32,000 nucleotides of DNA from Promethearchaeum syntrophicum (GCF_008000775.2 NZ_CP042905.2:3300001-3332000), one strand, 5' to 3'. Numbered from the stretch's first letter, positions 1-8,764 are shown. A program made the numbers and translations. The notes: a model not told the origin generated them from the sequence alone.

Positions 1-11
1 GAGAGAATTAA

Positions 12-1013
12 GTGATAACCGTGAAATCTACAATCAGCAGTCATTTTTTGGGCACAAAAGGATTAAGTGAAAAGGAAATTCGCAAGTATTATAAAAATCT
101 TAAAAGTTTGCGCCAAATAATTCACAGTAGTAGTTCCAACGATCGAATGTCTTCAGAATTTTTTTTTGAATTAAATGGTGGACTTAGATTTTTCTACCAA
201 GAGTGGCCTGCAATACTTAAAGGGACGGAAAAAACGCCAAAAGTTCTAATTTTCACATTTCACGATACATATAATTGTTCCGATACATTTTATCCGCTAG
301 CAGACGCATTAACACCACTTGGTGCAACGATCATAGGTTTAGATTATCGTGGTCATGGAAGAACAGGAGGATATGCGGGAGGAAATACGGGAGATCTACG
401 ATCGTTTCAAGATATTTATAATGATATCAAAAAATTAGTGATATTTTATAAACAGAAGTATCAAATACCAGTTTACTTCTTCGGATATGATATTGGGGCT
501 CTTATTGCCATGCAAGTGGCATTAAAAAATAAAGATTTGGAAATCAATGGAATAATTTTAGCATCTCCGATATGGCGGCTTAAAAGTTCCCTAAAACATG
601 TCTTTCTCTATCCTTTTATTACTATTGGGCAGATTTTCTCAAAGGGTAATCCTGTACATAGGGTTTTAGGAGAAAAATTGGAAGAAACATACTTTGAGGA
701 ATATAAAAACTACGCAAATAATAATCCTTTTCGATTAAAAGAAATGTCTTTTAGAATGTTTAGGAAAATCTTAGATCTTATTAATAATTCTCATTTATTG
801 GTGCCTCGAACAAAAATTCCATGTTTAATCTTACAAGGTACTTCAGATCCCATAGTAGACCATGTTGCAGTGCATAGATTGTATAAAAATTGGAGACATC
901 AAAATAAATTTATCCGGTTTTATGAGAATGCAGGTCATAATTTATTTGTTGATAAGTTTACTCAAGAAATTTATGACGAAATCGTACTTTTTATAAAAAA
1001 TCTAAGAGAATAG
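12..1013 (+). CDS. Alpha/beta-fold hydrolase, lysophospholipase/monoacylglycerol-lipase-like, with Asp at the nucleophile elbow
   Basis: 333-aa ORF with a GTG start at 12; an in-frame TAA at 9-11 closes it upstream. It is collinear with the paralogue at 19807-20772. Motifs are DYRGHGRTGG, the nucleophile elbow FFGYDIGA (Asp where the GxSxG Ser is expected), the acid region LQGTSDPIVD and the His region ENAGHNLF. Confidence 0.7.
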   Translation: MITVKSTISSHFLGTKGLSEKEIRKYYKNLKSLRQIIHSSSSNDRMSSEFFFELNGGLRFFYQEWPAILKGTEKTPKVLIFTFHDTYNCSDTFYPLADALTPLGATIIGLDYRGHGRTGGYAGGNTGDLRSFQDIYNDIKKLVIFYKQKYQIPVYFFGYDIGALIAMQVALKNKDLEINGIILASPIWRLKSSLKHVFLYPFITIGQIFSKGNPVHRVLGEKLEETYFEEYKNYANNNPFRLKEMSFRMFRKILDLINNSHLLVPRTKIPCLILQGTSDPIVDHVAVHRLYKNWRHQNKFIRFYENAGHNLFVDKFTQEIYDEIVLFIKNLRE

Positions 1014-1043
1014 TAAAAAAGCTAAAAAATCGAAGGTTAACGC

Positions 1044-2372
1044 ATGGATAAAAAAACGAAGGAAAAACTGCAAGATCCAAAAATTCAAAAGATAAATAGC
1101 TCAAAATTGATGTGGAAATTTAGATTTTATGGATTTTTCAAAAATCTACGCTTTTTTGAACCTTTCTTATTAATTATGTTATTGGATCCGAGCATAGGGC
1201 TAAGTTTATTTGAAATCGGACTATTAATATCGATTAGAGAAATTTTTACCTACACCTTTGAAATTCCTTCAGGGGTAATTGCAGATAAATTTGGAAAAAA
1301 GAGAGAACTATTAATATGTTTTGTATTTTACATCATTTCTTTTGTTTTTTATTTTTTTGGATTAGATCCAGATATTGCGGTTTCAAACCTTATATTTTTA
1401 GTTAGTGCCTCGATTTTCTTTGGTTTAGGTGAATCTTTTAGATCGGGAACTCATAAAGCGATGGAATTACTTTGGATGGAAAATGAAGATTTAATGGATT
1501 ATAAAACTCATGTATATGGAAGTACCCGGGCTTATTCTCTACTTGGTTCAGCCCTTTCAGCAATTCTTGCAGTTTTTCTAAAAATATTTATTCCTGCAAA
1601 TAAATGGATATTTTTAATAACAATTATCCCATATATATTGGATTTCATCCTTATTGCTTCTTATCCAAGTTATATGAACGATCATCAACCAATAACAGGG
1701 GGTTATTGGAATCAGTTAAAAATTGGTTTTAAAGGCGTAGGTCCAACACTAAAGTCGAAAAAAATCCGCAAAGCTATATTTTCTTCTGCAATTTATGATG
1801 CTATCTATAAAACTCTTAAGGATTATATTCAGCCGATCATGGTCATTTTTATTTCTATTTTCCTGATTCAAATAGGTAAAGATGAAACAGATACTGAAAC
1901 AGCAAATATCTATATCTCGATAATTCTTGGAGGCATATATTGTATTTTCTATCTTATTTCTTCATTATCATCCCAGAATGCATTTAAACTAAAAAAATTA
2001 TTTCACCATGCAAAAACATCAATGGATATTTTATTTGATCTTTTTGCACTTATATTATTATTAGAAGCGTTATTTATGTGGATTGAAATCCCGATGGTCA
2101 TAATTTTCTTATATTTATTGATATATGTGTTTGAGAATTTTAGAAGACCACTAGCTGTTGATTATATGGGAGAAGTAATCCCTAAAGAAGAGCGCGCAAC
2201 TATTCTCAGTATTGAATCACAAATAAAATCCATTTCAGTCTTAATTTTTGCCCCTCTTTTTGGTTTTATTGCTGATTTTTCAATACCATTGCTATTTTTA
2301 ATATTAGCGATTTGTATGGTAATAATAAATCATGTATTTCTTACTGGCCGTCCACGTTTGGAGGAAAAATAA
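1044..2372 (+). CDS. MFS-type membrane transporter
   Basis: 442-aa ORF with hydrophobic segments throughout. It carries the MFS loop signature GVIADKFGKKRE (G-x3-D-[RK]-x-G-[RK]-[RK]). It starts 30 nt after the hydrolase gene, with an AAGGT Shine-Dalgarno-like element upstream. Confidence 0.8.
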   Translation: MDKKTKEKLQDPKIQKINSSKLMWKFRFYGFFKNLRFFEPFLLIMLLDPSIGLSLFEIGLLISIREIFTYTFEIPSGVIADKFGKKRELLICFVFYIISFVFYFFGLDPDIAVSNLIFLVSASIFFGLGESFRSGTHKAMELLWMENEDLMDYKTHVYGSTRAYSLLGSALSAILAVFLKIFIPANKWIFLITIIPYILDFILIASYPSYMNDHQPITGGYWNQLKIGFKGVGPTLKSKKIRKAIFSSAIYDAIYKTLKDYIQPIMVIFISIFLIQIGKDETDTETANIYISIILGGIYCIFYLISSLSSQNAFKLKKLFHHAKTSMDILFDLFALILLLEALFMWIEIPMVIIFLYLLIYVFENFRRPLAVDYMGEVIPKEERATILSIESQIKSISVLIFAPLFGFIADFSIPLLFLILAICMVIINHVFLTGRPRLEEK

Positions 2373-3135
2373 TTCGATCTCCATCATGAGCTACGAATAG
2401 ATTAGGAAAAATAGTTTTTGCCGTAGATACAAATCCTTTTTCTTCATTTTCATCAATATCGGGGACATGGTAAAGATACACTTGTTTAATCCCATTATCG
2501 TTTGCAATTTTTGCAACATCTGAAGGTGTGCTATGATTTAATTTATGAGCTAACTCAAAATCTTCATCGGAAAACGTGGCTTCGTGAACTAAAATTGGGA
2601 TATTTTTAATGAATTCATTAAAGTCCAAGAATGGAGCTGTGTCGCCTGAAATAATTACTTCATCATTGAAATTGAACGCATAGCAAATAGGAGAATGCAT
2701 TGTTTTCACCCATTTTATATGATATAATTTGTTATTAATCGTTATTTCAAGATAGTTATCTTGATTTAACTCTAATTCAATGATTTTAATTCTGAAATTT
2801 CTGTTTAAAAAATTCGAATATGTTGCTTCTATTATACGTTCCAAATGAATTTTCATCCCTTTGGGAACATATATAGGAGGATATTTTTTGATTGAAGAAT
2901 CTTTGTTATAATTTCCAATTTTAGATAGAAGTGTAATTAAACCCAAAATATGATCAGGGTGGACATGAGAGATAAAAATCGCTTTAAGTGCTTGTACCTC
3001 ACAATTATATTTGTATAAAGAATTTAAACAACCTTCTCCACAATCAACTAAAATGCATTTATCTATTAATATGGAAGGTAAATTTCTAGTAGCTGTAATC
3101 CCATAACCTGATGTCCCTAAAAAAATTATCTCCAT
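2341..3135 (-). CDS. Metallo-beta-lactamase-fold hydrolase (RNase Z/ElaC-like family)
   Basis: 264-aa ORF. The N-terminus MEIIFLGTSG and the metal motif ISHVHPDH (HxHxDH) are typical of the MBL fold and RNase Z-like enzymes, and VDCGEG lies upstream of the motif. The exact substrate cannot be called from sequence. Confidence 0.75.
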   Translation of the reverse strand: MEIIFLGTSGYGITATRNLPSILIDKCILVDCGEGCLNSLYKYNCEVQALKAIFISHVHPDHILGLITLLSKIGNYNKDSSIKKYPPIYVPKGMKIHLERIIEATYSNFLNRNFRIKIIELELNQDNYLEITINNKLYHIKWVKTMHSPICYAFNFNDEVIISGDTAPFLDFNEFIKNIPILVHEATFSDEDFELAHKLNHSTPSDVAKIANDNGIKQVYLYHVPDIDENEEKGFVSTAKTIFPNLFVAHDGDRIIFPPNVDGQ

Positions 3136-3175
3136 TGTTAAAAATCATTAAAATTCGCAAAAAAAAGCTTCTAAT

Positions 3176-3382
3176 TTAGATAGATATTTTAGTTTCTTTA
3201 TTTTGGGCTATCGGTTTACTTGGCACTTTTTCAATAAATTGAGACTTACTTACTAATTTTTTAATTGAACCAAATATTGCAAAAACTAATAATGCTGGCC
3301 ATAAATACTGTATAAAGGATAACCCGATTATTGCTAGTAGCCATAATATTGACTTTTTATCTTTTTTATCTTGTTTTTCCAA
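3176..3382 (-). CDS. Small hydrophobic membrane protein (hypothetical)
   Basis: 68-aa ORF with a TTG start. A basic N-terminus (KQDKKDKK) is followed by the long hydrophobic stretch ILWLLAIIGLSFIQYLWPALLVFAIFGSI. It lies 40 nt upstream of the MBL gene on the same strand. Support comes only from ORF shape and hydrophobicity. Confidence 0.4.
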   Translation of the reverse strand: MEKQDKKDKKSILWLLAIIGLSFIQYLWPALLVFAIFGSIKKLVSKSQFIEKVPSKPIAQNKETKISI

Positions 3383-3574
3383 TATATTTGCACCTATATA
3401 ACAAAGTCATTTGTTTTATTTTAAGTAATATTTTTCAAAAAATTCCAAAAGAAAATTAAGATTTTTCTTAATCGACTAAAAATTTATTGAAAACTAATTT
3501 ATATAATGAAATCAATTACTTAAAATTATCCAGCTCTTTCAGAAGTGGAATGATAAGATCAAAAAAAATAAAAA

Positions 3575-4324
3575 TTAGATTTCTTCGGTTTTTTTAATAA
3601 TAGATTTTATTGTAGCGAGATGATGCCCCATATTCACTCTTTCTTGCTCGGGAAGGCAAATAGCTAAGATCCTCTTTGGATCATATTGAATAATAATTAC
3701 AAATGCTTCATCTCCTTCAATTATGCAATAATCCAAAGATGATTTCATCATAACTTGTGTTAAACTTGAAACAGATGAAACCATCGAGGAAACCATCGGT
3801 TCCGACATATTATTAAGTCCAATCGATTTGATTGGCATCCCCTCAATAGATGTCAAAATTATGGATAAAGCCGTCGGAAGGGCTTGAGAAATTTTAACGA
3901 ATGAATCTTCTTTAAAATCTGAGGTTTCAATATGGGATGCAATTTTCTGCATTAAAGTTTTAAACTCAGATTGAATATTATGGATTCCTTCGAGTTCGGC
4001 GAATTTTCGATCCAGAATCGCAGCGCCTGAAACATCTTTCACAATAATCATAATTATTATATAATTATCAACTGAAACAAAGCTAGAATTGATTTCACTT
4101 TTTGTTAATTGATGTAAAAGAGAATTCGCGATATTTTGAAAACTAGTTGCGCTCGCGATTAATTGACTACCAGAAAAATTTTCTAACTCTGGATCTAATT
4201 TACTATAAAGGTTCGTTCCCATATTTGTTCCTACACTGATACCTTTTATAATACTCTTTTCTTTTATTTTTTCATCAATTAAAATCGAAATTCTTTCAAT
4301 CAAATCTTTTTTAGAAGAACTCAT
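3575..4324 (-). CDS. Tandem Roadblock/LC7 (MglB-like) domain protein
   Basis: Two consecutive halves of about 115 aa each fit the Roadblock pattern. The first half reads IIKGISVGTNMGTNLYS...ASATSFQNIANSL...NYIIIMIIVKDVSGAAIL. The second reads IILTSIEGMPIKSIG...VSSVSSLTQVMM...EAFVIIIQYDPKRILAICL. I prefer the ATG at 4324 (MSSSKKDL...) over the track start at 4342, which would add the implausible MCLILL. The family call rests on pattern recognition, not a search. Confidence 0.55.
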   Translation of the reverse strand: MSSSKKDLIERISILIDEKIKEKSIIKGISVGTNMGTNLYSKLDPELENFSGSQLIASATSFQNIANSLLHQLTKSEINSSFVSVDNYIIIMIIVKDVSGAAILDRKFAELEGIHNIQSEFKTLMQKIASHIETSDFKEDSFVKISQALPTALSIILTSIEGMPIKSIGLNNMSEPMVSSMVSSVSSLTQVMMKSSLDYCIIEGDEAFVIIIQYDPKRILAICLPEQERVNMGHHLATIKSIIKKTEEI

Positions 4325-4408
4325 TAATAGAATTAAACACATAAAAAACCTAAAATTCTTTCGATCCTTTCCGTAAAAATAAAAAGAAATTTTAGTCTTT
4401 GCGAGAAA

Positions 4409-4422
4409 ATTTTATTAATATA
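4409..4422 (+). promoter_or_regulatory. TATA-like box upstream of the 4448/4517 coiled-coil ORF
   Basis: TTTATTAATATAA is centred about 26 nt upstream of the GTG at 4444-4446. This spacing would suit a leaderless transcript. The AT-rich background limits confidence. Confidence 0.3.
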
Positions 4423-4516
4423 ATTAAAACTAATTCGCTTAAGGTGAAGTCTTATCGCTGAAAAACAGGTAGAAGATTTAAAAATAAAAAATAAAAGCTT
4501 AGAAGAAGAACTGGAA

Positions 4517-5017
4517 TTGTTAGCTCAAGATCTTGATGCTGCAGATGAAGAAGTGGAAACGCTAAATCAAAAATTAGAAAATTTCGAAAAAAGAGCAAAA
4601 GAAGGTTTTTATCTTTCAAAAGAATCTGTGTTAAATGAAATAAAATCAATATTAATGAAAGGTTTACATTCCGTAATTATAACAACACCTACAATTGAAA
4701 ATTTAAGAGATTTGGATCTATATGAAGTAAAACCATCAGTTAATATTAAGGTTGCAACATGGATTGACCCTTCAAATCCTGATCATCAAGAAATTTTAAG
4801 AGAATTAACCTTTGACAACATAATGATAAGAATTGATGATTTTAAAGATAGATATTGTATATTAAGTGATGGAGCAGAACTGTTTCTAGGTATTGAGGGA
4901 AAAAACGAGAATGAAATACTAACCTTGCGAACAAAAGATAGTAAGCATATCAAATTTCTCAGTTCATTAGTAATGGAAAGCTGGCTTCGAGCAAGAAAAC
5001 TACAAAATTTAGATTAA
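4517..5017 (+). CDS. Coiled-coil protein with a C-terminal alpha/beta domain (possibly TrmB-C/PLD-like); start uncertain
   Basis: 166-aa ORF from a TTG start. A heptad-like N-terminus (LAQDLDAADEEVETLNQKLENFEKRAKE) is followed by HSVIITTPTIENL...IKVATWIDPSN...RYCILSDGAELFLGI. The frame stays open, with the same coiled-coil character, back to 4448, but no ATG, GTG or TTG occurs there (see findings). Confidence 0.55.
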   Translation: MLAQDLDAADEEVETLNQKLENFEKRAKEGFYLSKESVLNEIKSILMKGLHSVIITTPTIENLRDLDLYEVKPSVNIKVATWIDPSNPDHQEILRELTFDNIMIRIDDFKDRYCILSDGAELFLGIEGKNENEILTLRTKDSKHIKFLSSLVMESWLRARKLQNLD

Positions 5018-5096
5018 AATTCAATTTTTTGAAGGTTTTCTTATTAAAAAGATTTTTCTACAGTCAGTTATTCTTAGAAAGGTGTATTAAAAAACT

Positions 5097-5654
5097 ATGA
5101 AATTACCAGCTATCACCACTAAACGATTAATCATTAGACCTCTCAAAGAATCTGATATAAAATTTTTTGAACGCCAGTATTCAAATCCTCTTGTTCAAAA
5201 GTACACATTACTTCATTTTCAGAATCAAGATGAAATTCGTGATTTCTATTTAAGAGGTTGTGATTTAACAACCCCTGACCAATTTCGCTTGATGTTGGTT
5301 TTTAAAGATACGCTCCAAGAGATAGGATCGATAGTTTTTGAACATTGGGATAGGCATCATCATTCAGTTGAAATAGGTTATGATTTATCTCCTGAATTTT
5401 GGGGAAAGGGACTGATGGCTGAAGCTCTAAATTCAATTTTAAATTTTGTTTTTTCACAAATGAAGGTAAATCGCTTAGAAGCAACATCAAATCCAACAAA
5501 CCATCGTTCAATCAACCTATTAAAAAAGATTGGATTCATTCAAGAAGGAATGCTTCGACAAATATACTATTTCAATAGTAAGTATTATGATGAATTGATC
5601 TTTAGCATGCTGAAAGAAGAATGGAACAAGAAGAAGAATGGTTATTTAAATTAA
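5097..5654 (+). CDS. GNAT-family N-acetyltransferase (RimJ/RimL-like)
   Basis: 185-aa ORF. It has the typical N-terminus RLIIRPLKESD and the acetyl-CoA-binding region GYDLSPEFWGKGLMAEALNSILNFVF...NHRSINLLKKIGFIQEGMLR. An AGGTG Shine-Dalgarno-like element lies upstream. Confidence 0.85.
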   Translation: MKLPAITTKRLIIRPLKESDIKFFERQYSNPLVQKYTLLHFQNQDEIRDFYLRGCDLTTPDQFRLMLVFKDTLQEIGSIVFEHWDRHHHSVEIGYDLSPEFWGKGLMAEALNSILNFVFSQMKVNRLEATSNPTNHRSINLLKKIGFIQEGMLRQIYYFNSKYYDELIFSMLKEEWNKKKNGYLN

Positions 5655-5676
5655 ATTGTTAAAAAATGACGCTTTT

Positions 5677-6285
5677 TTAAGTTTTCTCAGCATTTTTTAT
5701 TTTTTTGGGAAAAAATCTCTTTATTAATTTAGCTACATGAGTATCTTCATCAAAATTTATTAGTTCTGCTCTATTTAATTCATGAATAGCTCTTAAAATC
5801 GCAACTCCGCCAATGCCACTCGCACCTTTCAATTGGTCGACTGTCATCTCATCTGTAGCACCATGAAGCAAAAAAAGCACTTTAAAATGAGGTTGACTGG
5901 AATAAATTTCTTCTAAAAGTACCCTGTAAATTGATAATGTTGCCCGCATATCTTCTATTCGAAATTCATCTTCGCCACTAGCCATACGCGTAATTTTTTC
6001 CAATTCTTCTTTTACACTTTCATATTCCTTTAAAAGTAGCATTTGATCATTAGTTAATCCAGATATTTCCTTCGCTTGTTTCTTAGCTTTTTGTTCAAGC
6101 TCAATTTTTTGATCCTCTAAAATTTTCTTTTGGTGTTCCAGCGAAATGAAATTGTTCTTGGTATTGTTGATAATATTTACTAAACCATCGAAGAGTCCTT
6201 TCATATTTGATTCAGCATTAAACACAAGATCTAGAGCAGCTTCTAATTTTCTTAAAATTTCCTCATCTGGATTATCGGTCTGCAT
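5677..6285 (-). CDS. Coiled-coil protein with a probable C-terminal winged-helix domain (hypothetical)
   Basis: 202-aa ORF. The centre is coiled-coil (KILEDQKIELEQKAKKQAKEI...EYESVKEELEKI). The C-terminal segment MTVDQLKGASGIGGVAILRAIHELNRAELINFDED resembles a wHTH. No function can be assigned. Confidence 0.5.
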   Translation of the reverse strand: MQTDNPDEEILRKLEAALDLVFNAESNMKGLFDGLVNIINNTKNNFISLEHQKKILEDQKIELEQKAKKQAKEISGLTNDQMLLLKEYESVKEELEKITRMASGEDEFRIEDMRATLSIYRVLLEEIYSSQPHFKVLFLLHGATDEMTVDQLKGASGIGGVAILRAIHELNRAELINFDEDTHVAKLIKRFFPKKIKNAEKT

Positions 6286-6524
6286 TTTATTTCTACATTT
6301 ATAAATTAGAACTTAGGTTTTTTAAATATGCCTCTTATCTGGGATTTTTATCACAGTAATGGATTATAAAATTTAAAATAACTTCTTTAAGATACCTCGA
6401 AATTTTTCACTTTCCAATTAAATAACCCATAGTGCATGAATAAGGGTGTAATGTCGGAATATTTGATTTTTGTATTTAAGATTTAACAAGTTATCAAATA
6501 ACTTTTTTATTCTAAAATTATTCT

Positions 6525-6540
6525 GATAAAATATAAATTT
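6525..6540 (+). promoter_or_regulatory. TATA-like box upstream of glnA
   Basis: GATAAAATATAAATTT is centred about 24 nt upstream of the glnA ATG (6555). This implies a leaderless or near-leaderless transcript. AT-rich background makes such matches common. Confidence 0.3.
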
Positions 6541-6554
6541 CACAGCTGAAAAAA

Positions 6555-7910
6555 ATGTCATTTAATCAAGATAAAAAAGAAAAAATTGAAGAAGTACTGA
6601 ATGAAATTAAAGAGAAGAATATTAAATTCTGCCTTTTGCAATTCTTAAGCATAGAAGGAACATTAAAATCTATCGGAATCAATTCAAATCGCATAGAAGA
6701 AGTATTATACTCGGGAGAGGGTTTTGATGGATCCAGTATTACTGGATATGGAAGATTAGAAGAATCTGACATGGTTGCAGTTCCTGATCCAAACACATTC
6801 GGCATTATACCTTGGACAAATGAAAAAGAAACCGATGGAAGATTTATTTGTGATATTTATAATCCGGACGGGACTAGGTTTGAAGGAGATCCCAGATATA
6901 TTCTCCAGAGAACATGCCTGAAAGCCAAAAAAATGGGATATATATTGAAGGTGGCTCCCGAACTTGAATTTTTCCTTTTAAAACAAAATGGAAACGATGT
7001 ACCCAAAGCAACTGATACGCGAGGATATTTTTCTGATGATGCAGCTAATCAAGATCATGCAATTAGGAAAGAAATTGCTCTTAATGCAGAAAAATTTCCT
7101 TTTCTAGAAGTAGAAACAGTTCATCATGAAGTTGCACGGTCTCAACATGAAATCGATATTAGGTATAATGAAGTTTTGCATATGGCTGATGCTTGTATGA
7201 CTATGAAAATGGTAATTAAAGCAACTGCAGCAAAACATGGCTATTTAGCAACATTTATGCCAAAACCTTGGGCAAATCACAATGGTTCCGGAATGCATGT
7301 ACATCAAAGTCTTTGGTCAATTGAAAAAGGAGAAAATGTTTTCTACGATCCTAATGATCCAAATAAAATCAGTGATATATTACGTTATTTCATAGGGGGA
7401 CAATTAAAACATGCGCATTCTATGACTGCAATTTTAAATTCATGGCCAAATAGTTATAAAAGACTAGTTCCAGGTTATGAAGCACCTACTCTCATAGCAT
7501 GGGGATTTAAAAACCGCTCTATGTTAATCCGTGTTCCAAATTTCTTTGAAAAAGCAAGCGCCGCACGAATGGAAATAAGGAGCCCAGATCCAGCTGGAAA
7601 TATCTATCTTCAATTCGCAGCTCTATTAAATGCAGGTTTAGATGGGATTGAAAACAAAATTATCCCACCAAAACCTGTTGAAGTCAATTTATTTAAAATT
7701 TCTAAAGATGAAAGGAAGAAAATGGGTGTTGAAGAATTACCAGAAAGTCTTGGTGAAGCTCTATCTCATATGCGGCATTCTACTTTTACACGGGATATGC
7801 TTGGAGAAGTTGCATATAAAGCATATTCAGATTCTAAAATGAAAGAAAATCAACTTTATAATACCCAAGTCAGTGAATGGGAGTTAAATCGTTATTCCAC
7901 TGTGCTTTAG
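6555..7910 (+). CDS. glnA: Glutamine synthetase, type I
   Basis: 451-aa ORF collinear with GSI. Motifs are FDGSSITG, EVETVHHEVARSQHEIDIRY, NGSGMHVHQSLW and ARMEIRSPDPAGNIYL. Confidence 0.95.
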   Translation: MSFNQDKKEKIEEVLNEIKEKNIKFCLLQFLSIEGTLKSIGINSNRIEEVLYSGEGFDGSSITGYGRLEESDMVAVPDPNTFGIIPWTNEKETDGRFICDIYNPDGTRFEGDPRYILQRTCLKAKKMGYILKVAPELEFFLLKQNGNDVPKATDTRGYFSDDAANQDHAIRKEIALNAEKFPFLEVETVHHEVARSQHEIDIRYNEVLHMADACMTMKMVIKATAAKHGYLATFMPKPWANHNGSGMHVHQSLWSIEKGENVFYDPNDPNKISDILRYFIGGQLKHAHSMTAILNSWPNSYKRLVPGYEAPTLIAWGFKNRSMLIRVPNFFEKASAARMEIRSPDPAGNIYLQFAALLNAGLDGIENKIIPPKPVEVNLFKISKDERKKMGVEELPESLGEALSHMRHSTFTRDMLGEVAYKAYSDSKMKENQLYNTQVSEWELNRYSTVL

Positions 7911-7914
7911 AGAA

Positions 7915-7945
7915 TTTTTCGTTTTGATTTTATTTTATTTTTTTT
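7915..7945 (+). terminator. Oligo-T terminator region after glnA
   Basis: Successive T runs (T5, T4, T3, T4, T8) begin 5 nt after the glnA stop. This fits archaeal intrinsic termination at oligo-T. Confidence 0.45.
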
Positions 7946-8212
7946 AATTTCTTTATCATCCTTCATTACAGACTGATATTTTTTTTTATCCGAAAATTTT
8001 TATCTATCTAGTGTCAATAAGGATATTAAAACATCCTAGTATTTTTCGATTTTTTAATTTGTATTTAGTGCTTTGTTAAATAGAGAATGGTTGTTTAATT
8101 CTACATTATTTCGAATAGAATGTTAAAATTTTAACAAATTTCATAAAAAAGTAATAGAAAAGTTGATTATAAGAACATTTGGGTCATTTGGATTTTGTTA
8201 GAAATTACTAAT

Positions 8213-8224
8213 AAAAAAAAAAAA
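8213..8224 (-). terminator. Oligo-T terminator after the 8243-8764 gene
   Basis: The A12 run on the plus strand reads as T12 on the minus strand. It lies 19-30 nt downstream of the minus-strand stop codon. Confidence 0.45.
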
Positions 8225-8242
8225 TAAGAGATTGTAAATCAT

Positions 8243-8764
8243 TTATGAATATGTATAAACAAAAAGATTCATATCACGAATAACTGCATTAGTACCCAAA
8301 CCTATAGCTTCAATACTAATAATATGTGGTCCAGCACTTAATCCTGTAGCTACATGCTGTGTTGATAGTTCGATTACGTGAGTAAAAATTGAAGTTACAA
8401 TACCATCTTCCTGTCTTCGTGAAGAATCTATAGCTGTATTATCTATAGCAATTTGTGCACCTGCCAAACCAAATCCATCGGCTGTCATTGCCCACTGGCC
8501 ACTAAATGAAATGTAGACTGATTCACCTTCTTCTACAATGATATTTATTTCACAATCTGGGACTTTCTCATAATCTAAAGCAGGAGTATAGTCCGTATCT
8601 CTACTAGCATACATTATTCTATTTATTGAATTTTCACCAACTTCATTTGAGCTACTACCTTGTATTGGGAGAATTCCAAAATACATAGTTAAACTCAAAC
8701 CTAGACTGATAATTGCAATCAGGACAGCAATTAACACTAAACCTTGATTATTATTTTTTCCCAT
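8243..8764 (-). CDS. N-terminally membrane-anchored or secreted protein, beta-rich ectodomain (hypothetical)
   Basis: 173-aa ORF. The N-terminus MGKNNNQG is followed by the hydrophobic helix LVLIAVLIAIISLGLSLTMYF. The remainder has alternating beta-strand-like patterns (VYISFSGQWAMT, AQIAIDNTAI, HIISIEAIG, NLFVYTYS). A jelly-roll fold is only a weak impression. Confidence 0.55.
   Translation of the reverse strand: MGKNNNQGLVLIAVLIAIISLGLSLTMYFGILPIQGSSSNEVGENSINRIMYASRDTDYTPALDYEKVPDCEINIIVEEGESVYISFSGQWAMTADGFGLAGAQIAIDNTAIDSSRRQEDGIVTSIFTHVIELSTQHVATGLSAGPHIISIEAIGLGTNAVIRDMNLFVYTYS

Noticed and set aside
8122-8135. A perfect 14-nt palindrome, GTTAAAATTTTAAC, and the nearby CATTTGG-N2-CATTTGG direct repeat (8176-8191) in the glnA/8243 convergent intergenic region.
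   Set aside because: Short A/T palindromes and repeats are expected by chance at this base composition. They also lie in a 3' region between convergent genes, where an operator function is unlikely.
8243-8764. The N-terminus MGKNNNQG/LVLIAVLIAII read as a class III (type IV pilin-like) signal peptide.
   Set aside because: The -2 position is Gln rather than the usual Lys/Arg. No prepilin peptidase or pilus assembly genes are nearby. A plain signal anchor explains the sequence equally well.
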